IMG/VR virus record: IMGVR_UViG_3300048033_001096 | Coordinates: 64,001-128,000 of that record | DNA from: a virus | DNA: 64,000 nucleotides | Reading direction: 5' to 3' (one strand) | Notes under the pieces: model-generated | The model's input: only the letters and a program-made list of their open reading frames with translations | What the model was told of the DNA's origin: nothing | Database searches by the model: none | In this document: positions 1 through 14,100 of the stretch, in pieces | Numbering within the stretch: the first letter of the stretch is position 1 | Layout: each line of letters opens with the position of its first letter | Program-made: the position numbers and the translations under genes

Positions 1-1489
1 GTTGATCATCAAATAGAATTAAGTCTGCGCCCGATACATCTGTTTCAAATTGCTTACTTGCAATAAAGCTGTTTGATATTTCAGTACGGAATTTCTTTTG
101 TAATGGCTGTTCGCCTGCTGGTAGCTGATTTCCTTGTCCGTCTTCGCCGTTATTAAAACCAGGATCTTGGAATGCGCCATCAAATTCAACAGGTACTACT
201 GTACTAACATCACCTTCCATAATAAATGTAGTACGTGATGTAAGTTTATCTGATTCTGTTGAGCGGCCGTCAATAGTTCCAGTTACCGTTCCAGTAACAT
301 CACCAAAGAATCGTTGTCCGTATATGTTTCTGTACTTATTTAATGATGTACCGATGTCTCTAATTGCATTATCATCTGGCGTAACATTTTTAGTTGTTAA
401 CAAATTAAGTAAAGTTGTTTCGCCGCCAATGTTTAAGTTTTGCTTAATAGCGGCGCCGCCTCTTACAATTAAAGCACCATTGTTAATTGTAGAACTTTGT
501 GTGGTTCCGTTTACTAATAAGCTGTCACTTGCTTGTATTGTCCCGACAACATCTAACGCTTGTTCTGGTGCTTCAGTATTAACACCAACACGTAAATTTG
601 AATCAACTCTAATAACTGTTTTTGTTTGATTTGCTGTTCTAACACGCATATCAATATTCGAACCGCCAACGTTATGTTGAATAATACCTGCTTGTCCTTC
701 AACACCAATTGTCAATTCGCTATTAATACCATAATTAATACCTTGGTTATTTTGAATATTTAAAGGAAAATTGGTTGTACTAGTTGTGTCACCTCTTAAA
801 AAGTCGCCAGCAGCAATGATTTCATTATTTACAATTAAATTTTCTGCCTTTTCAGCAGTACCAAAGAATTTAAAGTCACTTAATCCATCAGCATTTGTAT
901 CTCTTGAAATAACATTAAACCCTGGGCTTATTTGCGGAAATCCTGCTATTGTTGCTTTTGGAATAAAGCTGTTGTCTGCTCCTGAAATGATGCCAACTAT
1001 TGTACCGTTAACTTCAATTTTAAGCACTGTATAAGATACATTGTCTTGACCAATAATTTGATCTGCTCTTGCGCCTGTTGCTAATCCTTCACTAAACTGT
1101 GGTCCTACTAGAATCCAGCCACCACCAGTAAATAGATATAACTGCTGATTGTCTGTATCAACCCATAAATCGCCAGTATTTGCAAATGCCGGTGTGTCAA
1201 TTGACTTAAAAATGCCACTTGATGGAACCCAGTTTGTACCATTATACATATAAAGCGTTTCTTCAGCCGGATCATTATTGTACCAAATTTGTCCTTCTGT
1301 TGGATTAACTGGTTCTGCTGAAGCTGCAAAGTTTTCTAACAGATGTAAAAAGTTTCCTGCAATAACCGCACCGTAAGCTGTAGTGTTTCTTCCAGGAAGA
1401 GGTAAGCTAGTTACATTATTAATAGTACCATCTTCAATTGTAATAGTACCTTCTTTTGATATATCAGTGTAATTAATCGTATATGCCAT
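1..1489 (-). CDS. Tail fibre/collar-like virion protein, 3' end beyond window (>496 aa)
   Basis: Not in the ORF track because it runs off the window. ATG at 1489 reads MAYTINYTDISKEGTITIEDG...NFLHLLENFAASAEPVNPTEGQIWY...YVYNGTNW; the same frame is still open at position 2 (..DVSGADLILFDDQ). 'P..GQIWY/GDLW' motifs are typical of phage fibre proteins. Confidence 0.75.
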   Translation of the reverse strand, partial: MAYTINYTDISKEGTITIEDGTINNVTSLPLPGRNTTAYGAVIAGNFLHLLENFAASAEPVNPTEGQIWYNNDPAEETLYMYNGTNWVPSSGIFKSIDTPAFANTGDLWVDTDNQQLYLFTGGGWILVGPQFSEGLATGARADQIIGQDNVSYTVLKIEVNGTIVGIISGADNSFIPKATIAGFPQISPGFNVISRDTNADGLSDFKFFGTAEKAENLIVNNEIIAAGDFLRGDTTSTTNFPLNIQNNQGINYGINSELTIGVEGQAGIIQHNVGGSNIDMRVRTANQTKTVIRVDSNLRVGVNTEAPEQALDVVGTIQASDSLLVNGTTQSSTINNGALIVRGGAAIKQNLNIGGETTLLNLLTTKNVTPDDNAIRDIGTSLNKYRNIYGQRFFGDVTGTVTGTIDGRSTESDKLTSRTTFIMEGDVSTVVPVEFDGAFQDPGFNNGEDGQGNQLPAGEQPLQKKFRTEISNSFIASKQFETDVSGADLILFDDQ

Positions 1490-1493
1490 CTAA

Positions 1494-2108
1494 TTACCCC
1501 TCATTAAAACCGGTTAAACTTTGAATTCTTACTGTATAGTCAATTTGAATTAACCTATTCAGTGATTTTTGTACAGGATGAAAAATTACGTGTGTTAAAA
1601 GCCTACCGTCGCCATCGGGCGAGTATCCTTTTAATCCTAATTCATCAAATACATACAAATTGTTTGAATTAGATGCTGTGTCAAATGCATCTTGTCCGTT
1701 TGGCTCGCCGTAATCTAACAAACAAGTTACTAAAATGTCTGTATAATTAGTACCGCTTACGTGTCTTATTTCTGTTTTGTTTCTACTAGGATCAATATTA
1801 TTAACACTTCGATCATCTACAACTTTTGTAAATGTTTGATTATATAAACTAGCGTTAGTGCCTGTGCTGTTTGGTGTTAGATATGTAATAACACCAGTTG
1901 GATCGACTGATGTACCTCCATTACCAAAGCTCATTTCATTAATCCAACCTTGTCCTGCATTACTCAAACTTTCTGCAAGAGCAATACTCATGTTTTCATA
2001 ATGAATAGCGTTACGCTTATTTACAATCACTTCGCCAGATTCAGGATCATGAATCTTTATGTGTCCTTGTAACATTATTCCTTGTGTGTCTTTAAAATTA
2101 TCAGCCAT
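1494..2108 (-). CDS. Baseplate/tail-fibre attachment-like structural protein (204 aa)
   Basis: C-terminal 'FDELGL...LLTHVIFHPVQKS...IDYTVRI' resembles fibre-attachment N-terminal domains. Lies between the giant baseplate gene and a fibre gene, with its own late promoter. Confidence 0.55.
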   Translation of the reverse strand: MADNFKDTQGIMLQGHIKIHDPESGEVIVNKRNAIHYENMSIALAESLSNAGQGWINEMSFGNGGTSVDPTGVITYLTPNSTGTNASLYNQTFTKVVDDRSVNNIDPSRNKTEIRHVSGTNYTDILVTCLLDYGEPNGQDAFDTASNSNNLYVFDELGLKGYSPDGDGRLLTHVIFHPVQKSLNRLIQIDYTVRIQSLTGFNEG

Positions 2109-2126
2109 TTTCTGTTCCTGTCAATG

Positions 2127-2134
2127 TATTTATC
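2127..2134 (-). promoter_or_regulatory. T4-type late promoter (GATAAATA)
   Basis: Reverse complement of tatttatc. Contains the stop codon of the 5287-aa gene and lies about 20 nt upstream of the 204-aa ATG. Confidence 0.65.
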
Positions 2135-5100
2135 GCGGTAGATTAATTGTCTTTCCACGTAAGAAAGTTGCAACTTGTGTATTTGAATTTCCAAGTGGTT
2201 TAAACTGGTTTTCAGATTCACCGTCAAGTTCTCTCCAATCTGACCCTAGTTTTCTAACTATAGTTAGTGTAGTTTCTGGTTCAGGCGGTGATGTTAGACG
2301 AACATATGCACCTTCGTTTTTATTTACGGCAAATTCTGCTTCTAAATCAACGTCACCGTCTGGGCTATATTGACCTTTAGCTGCATCGTATACCTTTATT
2401 GGATTTTTACGAAGCCTTCTACCATTTGAAAATACTTCAATATTAAGTGCTTGCCAGTATTCGTTCGGTATACCGCCTTCATCAAATGGTGCTTTATACC
2501 AATCTCCTGTAACAGTAGGATTCTGTACAACATCAGTAAACGCTTCTGGATTATAATCTACTAATATTTGTACATACGGTAAGAACTTAGGCATTACTAA
2601 ATAGCTCTCTGATCTTAATGCCGGTACAATTTCTTTTGGATTATATAAAACTAAGTCGTATGCTCCAACCGGCATAGTTTCTGTATAGAATTTAATCTCA
2701 GTAGTAGTACTAGATATTTTTTCTAGTTCTCTTATTTTACCATTAGCGTCTTGCATTAGTGCTTTAATTTCAGGCCTAAATCCTGTTCCAACAACAGTAG
2801 CAACTTGATCGTATGTTCCTGGAACACGTACTGGGAATACCGTGTTATTATTAAAACTATATGTAATACTTTCAACACTCATATCAGGCGAAGAATTAGG
2901 ATATATTGTTGAAGTATCTGTATAAACACCACTCTTAACAGTAAATCGATCTTCCTCGTCTTTATAAGGAATTATACTATCGCTTCCTTGATTATAAAAA
3001 TATGTACCAGCCGGGTGTTCGTCTTTAATTCCGGTCCCCATTGTACCTCTACGAAGTTGTTTTAAAATATTACCTTCTCTTCGGAAAAATTCAATACGCT
3101 CACCATTAATAAAAATAACACCTGGATTTTTACTATCTGCTGTAACACTAGGCAATCTTTCAAATCCGTCTGCAACTTCAATAGTCCTATCGTACCAGCG
3201 CAACGGTGCTGCTAATTGATGTTCGTCTTCTGCTGACAATCGTAAATAAGTTGTTCTATTTAACATGTCTTTAAATTGACGCCATCCAAACCTATTTGAC
3301 ACCGGTGGTGCTGCAAAATGTATTATATCTACTACGTCATATTGTGTAAGACTTGTAATCAATTTAATAGTTTTTTGATTATCAAGTAATACATAGTCTG
3401 CTGTTGGAGTTAATAATTTATTATTAATAGCAACCCATACATAATTTATACCAATAGTCGGTGTTTGTAAATCGATCATGTTGTTTCTTAGTAATCTTGA
3501 TTCATAATAACCATCAGTGTTAGCTGTCATAGTAGTTTTTTCAACAACGTCATATTTTTGACGTTCGATCCCAAGTCCGTCGTGATTACTAAACTGATAT
3601 AACTTAATAATATCGCCAGGAGCAAAAGTTTCGTCAAAATAGACTACTGCTGGCAACGGTACAATTTCAACATTTATAGTTGTGTTAGTATCATAATCTC
3701 GTCCGCCATTAATTATTTCTACAGTTAATATTCTTCCTAGATCATCAACAGTTAATGAAAACTCTGCGCCTTCTCCTACATCGGAGTTTGCTGTAATACC
3801 CGATGTATCATTATATCCTCGTCCTGCCGATACAACTGTTACTTCTGTAATTACACCATCTTCGATTATTGGCAATAATGACGCTGCTATTTGTTTGCCG
3901 CTAGTATCAATAAAATTACTATCGTCGTCAAAATAACCAAATCTGTATTCACCGCTAGACATAATGAATACTTTTAGTTCGTCTCCAGTAGTAGCAACAC
4001 CTCTATTTAAGATAATAGTACTTCCCGGTTGTGCATCATCTGCAATATATTCATTAAATGAGCCTGCACCTTCATAAGTCCATTCTTGCAAGAATTCTAA
4101 TTCTCTGTCATTTAAGAAAACTTTAATTTCTTTACCTTCAGTACTTCCTACCGGAATTTGCCAAACTTTCATTTTGTATTCAAGTGTATTATCTTCAATA
4201 ATAAATTTTTCACTGTATCCAGCATTAAGTATACGTTCGTTATTTACAGTAGCTATTGTGTAATACGAAGACGGCTGTTGCGAAAACGGTGTTTTTGCAA
4301 GTTCGTAACTTAAAGAACTTCCGTCTGAAATAATTGTATCAATATCAACTTTACTAAATGTTTCAACCAACGAATCAAAAATTCCATATTGTACAATTCT
4401 ATTAACTGCTGGTATTTCTACAAATCTAATATGTGCAATTCCGTCAATATTATCAATTGTAAATGGTATTTCGGAACCATTTACAGTTACATATGCTGTT
4501 AACTCTTCAGTATACGGAATTGCAGTTTGATATAGCTGTGTATCTGTAGTTATAAACTCACCATAATCTAATAAGTTTGTGCCACCGAGGCCGATAACAG
4601 TAATAGCAACATTGTCTCCTTGCTGAGGAGTATCATAAATTGTAACATTATTATTTTTAAAATCAACTCTATATTCAGCTAAGTCTAAAATTTTATAGTT
4701 TACTTTGACTATTACACTTTCTCTTGAAAATGGTTTTTGCGAAATAGTAAATTGGTTAGTTGTCCCGTCTCCTCTAAACGAGTTAGTCTGTATAGTTCCA
4801 GTTCCGCTATTAGGACGCTCATAAACAGTAATATCTAATGTATCCATAAGCTGGCCTGGAACAATTTCTTCTGGACCTTTTGAAGTAGTAGGAGTTACAA
4901 ATCCATCACCGTCTATATTAATATCTTCAGCATTAATACCTGTTGCTGTAGTATATGCCAAATCACCGCCAGTTATAGCTGTATCAAATGCTGCTTCGCT
5001 AATTGCTCTACTACCGTCTGAAGTACTACGTCTAATAGTAATAACTAGTCCAGGAGGATTATTAAACGTTCCGTTGCCATCGCCCGGATCTAGTTCTTCA

Positions 5101-8100
5101 GCTACTTGTCTATAGCCTATTTCATTTTCAAATGTAAATGTATTTGTAACTCCGTCGCCGACAAGTGGTGACATAATTGCATAAGGATTTTCAACAGTTG
5201 ATGTACCATCCCAATCATCGTCATCGATCCTAACGTTGTTTATGTAAACGTTATATTTTACACCGTTAGCTAGCGGTTTTGCTAAATCAAAAGTAAGTGT
5301 TGATCCATCAGTTTCAAAGATTTCGTCATCAAATTTGTCGTCATACACATCCCAAGTATCAGTATACCATTCTCCAGTGTCCCAACCAGGAGGTGCACCA
5401 AATTCAAAACTCTTAACTTCAACGCCACCGTAGTCGATACCGTCCATTAACTGACTAATGTCTTTACCAATTTGACCATCTTCTGGATTATAAAAAAGAT
5501 TAATTCGATCTTGTGCATCTAACAAGTTGATTGATTTTTTGTAATTAACTTCAACTATTGCTTCATTTGCTGGCGGATCGATAAATTCAATTCTTCCGTA
5601 AAATTTATCGTATTCAGCAGTATTATCAATAATATTATCATATGAATAATTACTACCCAATACTAATTCTCCATTTACAGTAACTTCAACTGTTGTAGTT
5701 CGTAAATCCATTGGCCATTTTAATTGGAACTCAGTTTTTGCTCCAGTTGCTGTAAAAAATTCAGTTTCGTTTAGTTGAGTAATAAGGAATGTTCCTGTTA
5801 CTCTATCAAATTTAACTGTAGTGTGCATATTTCTAACTGGAGAGTCGCCCAATACTACCGAAACTGCTGCTTCTCGGCCGTCTTCTCCTAATGTACCATT
5901 AATAGTAATGTTAGGAGAAGTAATATAGCCGCTGCCAGAGTCAGTAACAACAACACTATTAAGTTTTCCATTAGTGCCTAACGATGCTACTGCTGTTGCA
6001 TTCCCGTCTATTATAATTTCAGGTGCTTCAGTGTAACCGTATCCCGGATCACTAATTTTAATATCAACAACTTTGTAAGATATATTATTAAGCCATTGTT
6101 TATTAATACCTGTTAATGAGCCAGTTCCAAACAATACTCCATTTACTACTTTAGCGTCAGTTGGGGTAATTTTTGAAGTTTCTGTACTATAAACTGGCGG
6201 TGAATCAAAATCTGTTATTTCACTTGATACAGATTCAACTTTTGTGTAATTAGATATATATTCTCTAATTGTAGTTTTATATGGTTTAACTTCGTTAATA
6301 TAATCTTCGTAGCTTTCAAGATTATCGTTTTTAAATGTTATACGCTGTTGTAGATTGCCAACATTGTGTTTTGCTTTAACAAAACTTGTTTTAAATGCCC
6401 AGTCAACATAACCTTGCTCAGCAAATACATAACGCAAGCATAAGAAGAATAATGCATTAAATTGTTCTGCTAAATCTGCTACAAAAATATTATTTCTAAG
6501 AGCATTAAAAATAATACGCAATTCTGTTATAGGCTGTTTATCAAAGAATTGTGTATCAAACGTTTGATTATCAAATCCTACTAAATTATCAACATAGCTG
6601 TAAAGTGCTGTACTTAATTTAATTGTTCCATTTTGCTTACCTACTGTTTTATAATTTATAGTATAATCGGTTGTTACTTGATTATCAATTTTTTCAAGTA
6701 ATAGCCAGCCTTCGCCACCAGTATTAAGTATTTTTACAATGTCTCCAAGTTGATCGTCTAAAGACTGTAGGCTATAACTAAAATCTACCACATGATCTAA
6801 CTGTGTAAACTCGTTATAACCAGTTTCGTACCAATCTACATAATCCCAATATTGCTGTACATCGTAAGACTGCGACGATACTCGTGACCAGTTAACGCCT
6901 TGTAATTGATATATTCCCCAATTATTATTAACTGTTTCGTCTGCATTAACTAGTACTGCAAAAGGTCTTACATTAATAACTGTATTATCGTTATAATTAT
7001 ATCCTGCATTCTTTACAATTACAGAATCTACTTGCCCTAAAACATTAATAGTTAATTCTAACTCTGCTTTTGCGCCTTGGCCTGTAATTACATAAGTTGG
7101 CACTACCTTATATCCTCTACCCGGATTAGTAATGTCAACTCGTACAATTTTACCGTCTTGTACAACTGGAGTTAAAATTGCAGGCTGCGCTCTAACTGTA
7201 CTCACAAATTGCAAATCAACATAATTGTCAATAACAGTATCATATAATCCTGTATTAATAGACGGTATTTGATCACTATCTAATAACGGTGTAATATCTT
7301 TTTCATCAACTATTAGATTTTCTATAAAGATAGAATTAATTCTAGAAATTACCTGTTTTAACACTTCTTGTCTATTAATAAACCATCCCTGTCTTGGTTT
7401 ATTTAAAATACCATAACGTTCGTTTGGAGACAAGTTAGGATCTGGTACAGGTCTATCGTTAATGTCGTATCCGATAAGACTATCAATTAATTTATTAACA
7501 ATAGCTTCGTTAGGAATACTTGTTGCTAATCCTTCAGTAACAATTTGATATTGATTATGAATATTAGCATATTTGTCACCGGTTGTATAATATTGGACAC
7601 TTAATACAATATCTTTATCTCTAATTAAATCTGCGCAGTTATATAATACCATTGATGACGAATCAGCAAAGTTAATAAATTTATATTTTTGTCCTGCTGG
7701 ATCTTCAATTAATTTAGAAACGTTATCTGCAGATATTGTTCTTCCGGAAATAAGTGGAACTGTTGTTTTTCCTTTAACCCAGTAATAGTAATAATTAATA
7801 AATCTTTTAGAAATATTATCATAAACTCGTCTTATACTATATGCATCTCTACCGTATTTTGTTTTTCCAGTAATGTTATTAGCATTTCCTCTTGGAGTGC
7901 CTGATGTCGAATCCCACTCTTCTGGGCTAAGTGTACTTTCTACCCATTCGTATACATCAATCGACGCTCCTGGATACAATGTATTAAAATTATTAGATTT
8001 ATAAATTAAATTTCCTTGATATACATTGTAGAATTTAGCTGTTGACAAATCCCACCATAGTCTACCAATTTGTTCGACACCCCAGCTTCGGTTTTCGTCA

Positions 8101-11100
8101 ATTAATATGTTACCTTCTGAATTACCAAAGCTAAACACTGCTGGGTCAATTGGAGTTTTGTATCTTAATTCTTCGTCAGCGTGTCCTGCTATTTTACCTT
8201 GTAATGGATCAATGTAATCTAAATTAATAATAACTTCATTTTTAGATTTGTCGTAGATCATTACTTTCTTAATTTTTGTTACATCAACCGGAGGTTCGTA
8301 CTCTCTATGCACTTCCCATATTCGTTGATTGTCAGTTCTTCTATAATCTAAAATTAGTCCTTGTCTGCTATTTTGATTTTTATATTCTGGAACCGATACA
8401 TACAAATGATTATTCTTAGCAAGAATGTTTCTTCCAAAATAATCTATTTCTGCAATATTATCTCTATTGACATATGTGTGATAGTCAAGCGTTTGTCCAA
8501 ATATTAAGGATTCGTCAATTCTTTCGTAAACGTAAACTACGCCATTTGTTGCAATTTCATTTTTAAATGTAGTAAATTCATTATCAAAACTTGTAATACT
8601 ATTATCAAACGTAGTAATATCATCACTCGAAGCGTTGACTGCACTTACATATAAAGTTTTACCGTCAAAATCTAAACTTGTTCCGTACCCTTCTCCTTGT
8701 TGTTGATTTGTACTTTCTAACGTCTGTGTTAATTCAAATACTCCATTTATTTGAGTATAAACATATACAAATCCTACGTCAATACCGGTAGTCGAATCGT
8801 CAGCACCAGGAGCGCCAATAGCAATCATTTTGCCATCTTGACTAATACTTAAAGATTTAGCAAACTCAATATTGTCATCTATTTTAAACGAAGGTGCTAC
8901 AATCTCTTGTGATTTTTGATAATTACCATTTATACTTCTATATACAATGACTTTAGTGCTGTTATCAGTATACGTTGCTGTTGTAATTAATATTTCACCG
9001 TTGTCGCTTACGTCAAACTTTCTTCCAAACTCAACTAAATTAGATGCATCAAGTTTTAAACTATAATCTCCGCCAGGAGTAAAGTTGGTTAGTTTCCAAT
9101 CTTCTTGAGGAACTTCAATAGTTCCATCGTTATCAACAAATCCGTTATAATTTAAAGGTATGCTTCTTTGAGCTTTATAATATTTTCCGTCTAGGTATTG
9201 TACAATCTCATCAACAATATATGTTGAATCTGTTGAAAACAGACCTTTATAATCAAAGTCTTCTGGAACAATGTTTGTATTATTAGGAATATATCCTAAA
9301 TAATCAATGCTACGAATTTGATCGTTTGTAATTAATTCCCATTCTGTTTCAACAAAAGCTGTACCATCGCCTGCAATGTTTGTCAAGGCTTTGTAAAAAT
9401 AACCTAAATAATACACATAGTCATCAATTAAATAAAGAGAATTTATATCAAATACACCCTTGTATCTTTTATCTTTTGCAAATTCCCAGTTATAATTAAT
9501 TCCTTCGTCGTCTACCCCGTTATTAATAAAATATATTCTACCAGGATTTTCAGTTGTACTATTTCCTTTTGCATGCACAAACACTTTATACAGATCATTG
9601 CGTTTTGCAATTTTAATTTGATTACCGACTTTTAAATTAGGCGTAATGTCGGGTACAATTAAAGTATCCACAACATCAAATGTAGACACATTTTGTCTTT
9701 GGTAAATTGTAAAGTATCCAAGATTGTCTGCATTTAGTGCAGGACCGTCTGGATTAACTGGTATTTTAAATACTTGTTTGTAGTCTAAATTAGTTGATCC
9801 AGGAATATTTGGTTCTCTTGGTAGTCCGAGAATTGGAAAGTCTCTGTAAATAAGATATTCTGCTCCAATAACTGTACTTTGCTGAGGAACTTCTTCTAAC
9901 TCTGCTGACAACTGCATTACACACAATTTACCAATATTTAAATCGGCATTACCTAATGCAACTGATCTTACGTCACCTAAGTCTTGATCAGCTGAATATA
10001 TAGGACTTGGATCTAAAGGATCTCCAATCATTTCTATATAGCGACCATCATTACCGATGCCCCATGAGCCTTGAACATCAGTTACATAAATCCTTGCACG
10101 ACTGTTATTAAATTTTTGGTAAAATGCAACCTTAGCTGTTGCACCCGGAGCCGGAGTCCTTTCTCGAACAAATTGACCAATTCTAGGTTCGAATGGCTGG
10201 CCTGTATCCGAGTCTGTATTATCTAAATCAAAATCAATATATCCGTCCCATAGTCCAAATAATGTATGTTTTTTGTTAGTGTCTTCGTATGTTAATCCTG
10301 TAACAGTAATGTCAATAAAGGAGTCATCGTTAGAAAAGTCCGGAAATCTAACTACTTCAAAACCAATTTCGTCCCCTACGTTAAGTTTATCTGTAAGGGT
10401 TTTTGGAGCTCTTGCTACAAACAAATCACTCGGTATAACTTCTAAATTTCCTGCAGGTCCCGGAGTACCTTGATATACTAATGTTCTAATATAACTATTA
10501 ATTGATGCATCGCCAATTGTTGTAACATCATTGTTTAAATCCCATATGTTACCGCCAGCTCCGCCTGGGTCAGCCTTGCCTGTTGGAATAATGTTATACG
10601 TTGCTAATGCTCTAGCTTCATCTACATTGTTTTCTGATAGCACAAGAGGGTTATCAGAATTTGGTAGATCAAAATACCAATATCCGCCCAATTCTTCGCT
10701 TACATCGATAATATCTGACGGTGCTACTTTAGTATATGCACCTACAAATTCACCCGATTCCTTAAATAAATTTTCTGAATTAGGCCAAATACCCGAAGTT
10801 CTTTCAATGTATATAGTTGCTCTATTATCATCAACATATACATAATTTACATATCCAAACACACCGGTTGCTTCAACTTGATCTCCAATATTTGGAATTG
10901 TTGAAATAGCATTAGTAAACAATACTACGTCTACTTTTTTCTGTATTATTAATCCACTTTCTAACCATTCTTCAGTTAAACCATAATCTTCGTAGCCGTT
11001 TGGCATGTCATCGGTTTGAAACGGTTTACGTGGAGTATAAGGATCAAATTGATTTGCTGTAGTAGTAGCATACCAATCAAGGAATACTTGATCACCTACG

Positions 11101-14100
11101 CCTGAGCCCGAATACTGATCAAGAGATGCTCTAATTAATACATGGTCTGTTGTACCTTCATCGAACGGAAAATTGCCTAATAGCATATTTTGGAAAAATG
11201 CTTCATTTTGAAAAATACTATTATTTTGTAACACTTCAATATTAGCACCAAAGCTACCAAATAACTGCTCAGCTTGTGCTCCTTGAATGTCTACTACAAC
11301 TTCCCAAAGTTGGCCTGCATAAAAAACAATATCTCCATTGTCATAATTTTCAGATTCTTGATAATTGCCTCTATATCTAGTTTTAATATTAGATGCAGCA
11401 GGTGCTCCGACTACCAAATACTTTCCATCTAAACTAAATGCTTGTCCTGTACCAAATTGATTTCCAGGTGTTGTGACGCCCGAAGTAGGAGGCTCAACAA
11501 TTTGAGCAAATTGATAATTCTGGTTGTTACCGCCTCTATTGTATACAAACAGTTTTCCATTACTTCCTGAAGCAGGCGAAGCTACTGATAACAGACTATT
11601 TCTTCCGTCAGCAATAATATTTTTACCAAACCCTAAATCTTCATTTGAGTCTTCTTCTGCTTCTAAAAGTTGCAATAGCGAATAGGCTTGAGTATTTTTT
11701 AATACTTTCCAATTTTCGTCATTATTTTGTATCCAAATTAATGAGTTATTAGTAACTCCGTCTTGTGCTAATTTGTTAGCTTCTTTATAATCAGAAACTT
11801 TTACACTAACAAACTTTGACAGTAGACCCGAACATTCATTAATAGTATCGAGTTGGTCGTTAGATCCAACAATTACTTTATTAAGTAACTTTTTAGTAAC
11901 CTTATAAAATCCTTGCAAAGGAATTAATATAGTATTAACTGTATTAAATTCAGTTGAATCATCATTTTCGTCGTCAGGTACTTGTAAATTATGTATTCCT
12001 ATGATATCTCCTTCTTTAATATCGTTAGGAGAATTAGATAAAGTAAATTCAACTTCATATGTGTATTCAGTATCTGTTACTTTTGTTGGTAAAGTAGTTA
12101 AACTTATTAAATTTGTATCAATACTTTGATATTGTAAAACGTCCCATTTATTGTATTCCGAACCAGTCCAAACATAATCTTTATTATTAATAAGAGAAAT
12201 GTCTAAATTTAATAAAGAATTATAATTTTCTACAATATTTGAAGTATCTTCAATATTAACAAATCCTGGAGACCGTGTAAATTGTTTATAATTGTTTAAT
12301 TTTGGAAACGGAGTATTAGTATAATTTTTTGATGCTTTGTAAACTTCGAAATCTTTTATTTTATAAACTAATCCAATATCCTCATCAGAATTTGTTAACT
12401 TAATAGGCTGAGGATTTAATTTAAAATTCTTTTCATCTAAGATAAATTCAACTTCTTCAAATCCTTCGCTAGCACCATATTGTCCTTGTTTAATTGCCCA
12501 CTCTTCGTAAAAATCTAAACTTTCTTGTCCAGCAGCACTTAATACATCAAATAATTTAGTTAAACTGTTTTTTGATCCTTTTTCACGAATCATTCCTTGA
12601 TAAAATTTATATTGGCTTACTTCGTCATTTATAATATTTTCTAAATAAGTACGTTTTTGATATCCGATTAAATGTTGAGCAAGCTGCTGTTGTTCGACAT
12701 CAAAATTGTCAGTATCTAAATCATAGAAATCAGCAAATTGATTAGTCTTATATTCAAAATTTGGTATTAATTTGCTTTCAGGAACATTATCTAGTCTTTT
12801 CCATTGATTATTATTAAACACATTAGATCCAGGAATCTTTGAATCTGCACTATAATAAAATTCTTTATATTTTACAATATCACCGACGCTATAATCAGTC
12901 CACTGTTTCCATTCTTTAATGTTAACTTCGGAATATATAAATCCAGGAATATTTAAACTTCCATCCCAGTCTGACACTCGATATCCAATTGTCTTAACAC
13001 GTTCTTGACGATAACCTGTTGTAGGTTGATATATAACATCTCCAAATACAGAAGTATTATCTATTAATACAATATGTTCGGTTTGCACTACTGGCAGTTT
13101 AATAGAATACACTCCGTCAGCTGTAGTCGTAGGAACTAATTTAAATGTGTTGCTATCAATTCTATCAATACTAATATCTGTACCGTTTAACATTTTTCCA
13201 TCTGATTTTGCTAAGCCGTAATCAAAGAATGTGTTAAACACATTAGAAACTGTTGAATATTCAGATTCAAACCATACTTGCTCGGCAGCCGGACTTAAAG
13301 ATATTAAAGAGTCTTCACCCCATTCGTGCAAACTCCAAAACATAAATTCTCTAGCAGAGTTTTTCCAGTCTGCTATAATTTTTTGGGTGCCATCATAATG
13401 CTCAAACTTAAATCCTTGCTCTATTAACCAAGCTTCGTATCCTAGCAAAAAGTCAACTACATCTTGAACTGTTTCTAAAACAGATCCATATGGCAAGATA
13501 TTAACCGATTCTTTAATAAATTTTTGTTTAAAGACAGTTTCAATGCCTCCTTCAACAGGTAGTCTTGCTAATTTAATTAACGAAGTATCGTCAAAATTTT
13601 CTGTAGATGTAAACGTGCTCTTTGCTCGATAGTATGCACCAGAATTTTCGACAACTAAATCTTTAACGTAAGTTTTATTTGGTTCCCAAGTAGCAAAACT
13701 TTCTGAAATACCGCCGACATTTACAGTAATGTCTCTTGTTGAAGTAATTGGACTGTAATATTTAAATGACGGTAAATTACTATCATACCCTCTTATAACA
13801 AATCCAAACCCTTGTCTTTCAACTATTACTCCGCTATATGTAATTGCCTTAATTGGATAGCTAGTGTTTAAAAAGATTTTATAATTTTCTTCTGGTACAA
13901 AAACATTACCTTGATTTAACGGAGTTCTACTATCTAACACAAGTTTAAACTTATCTTTATCAGTGTAACCGCCTAATTTAAATGCAAGGTTATTCTTAAT
14001 TTGTTTTAGATTATTTTTGTAATTGTTAAACTCATCTGTTAAGTTATAAGACATATATCCTTGTATGTAGTTTATAATACCAGAAGTTAAACACACTTCA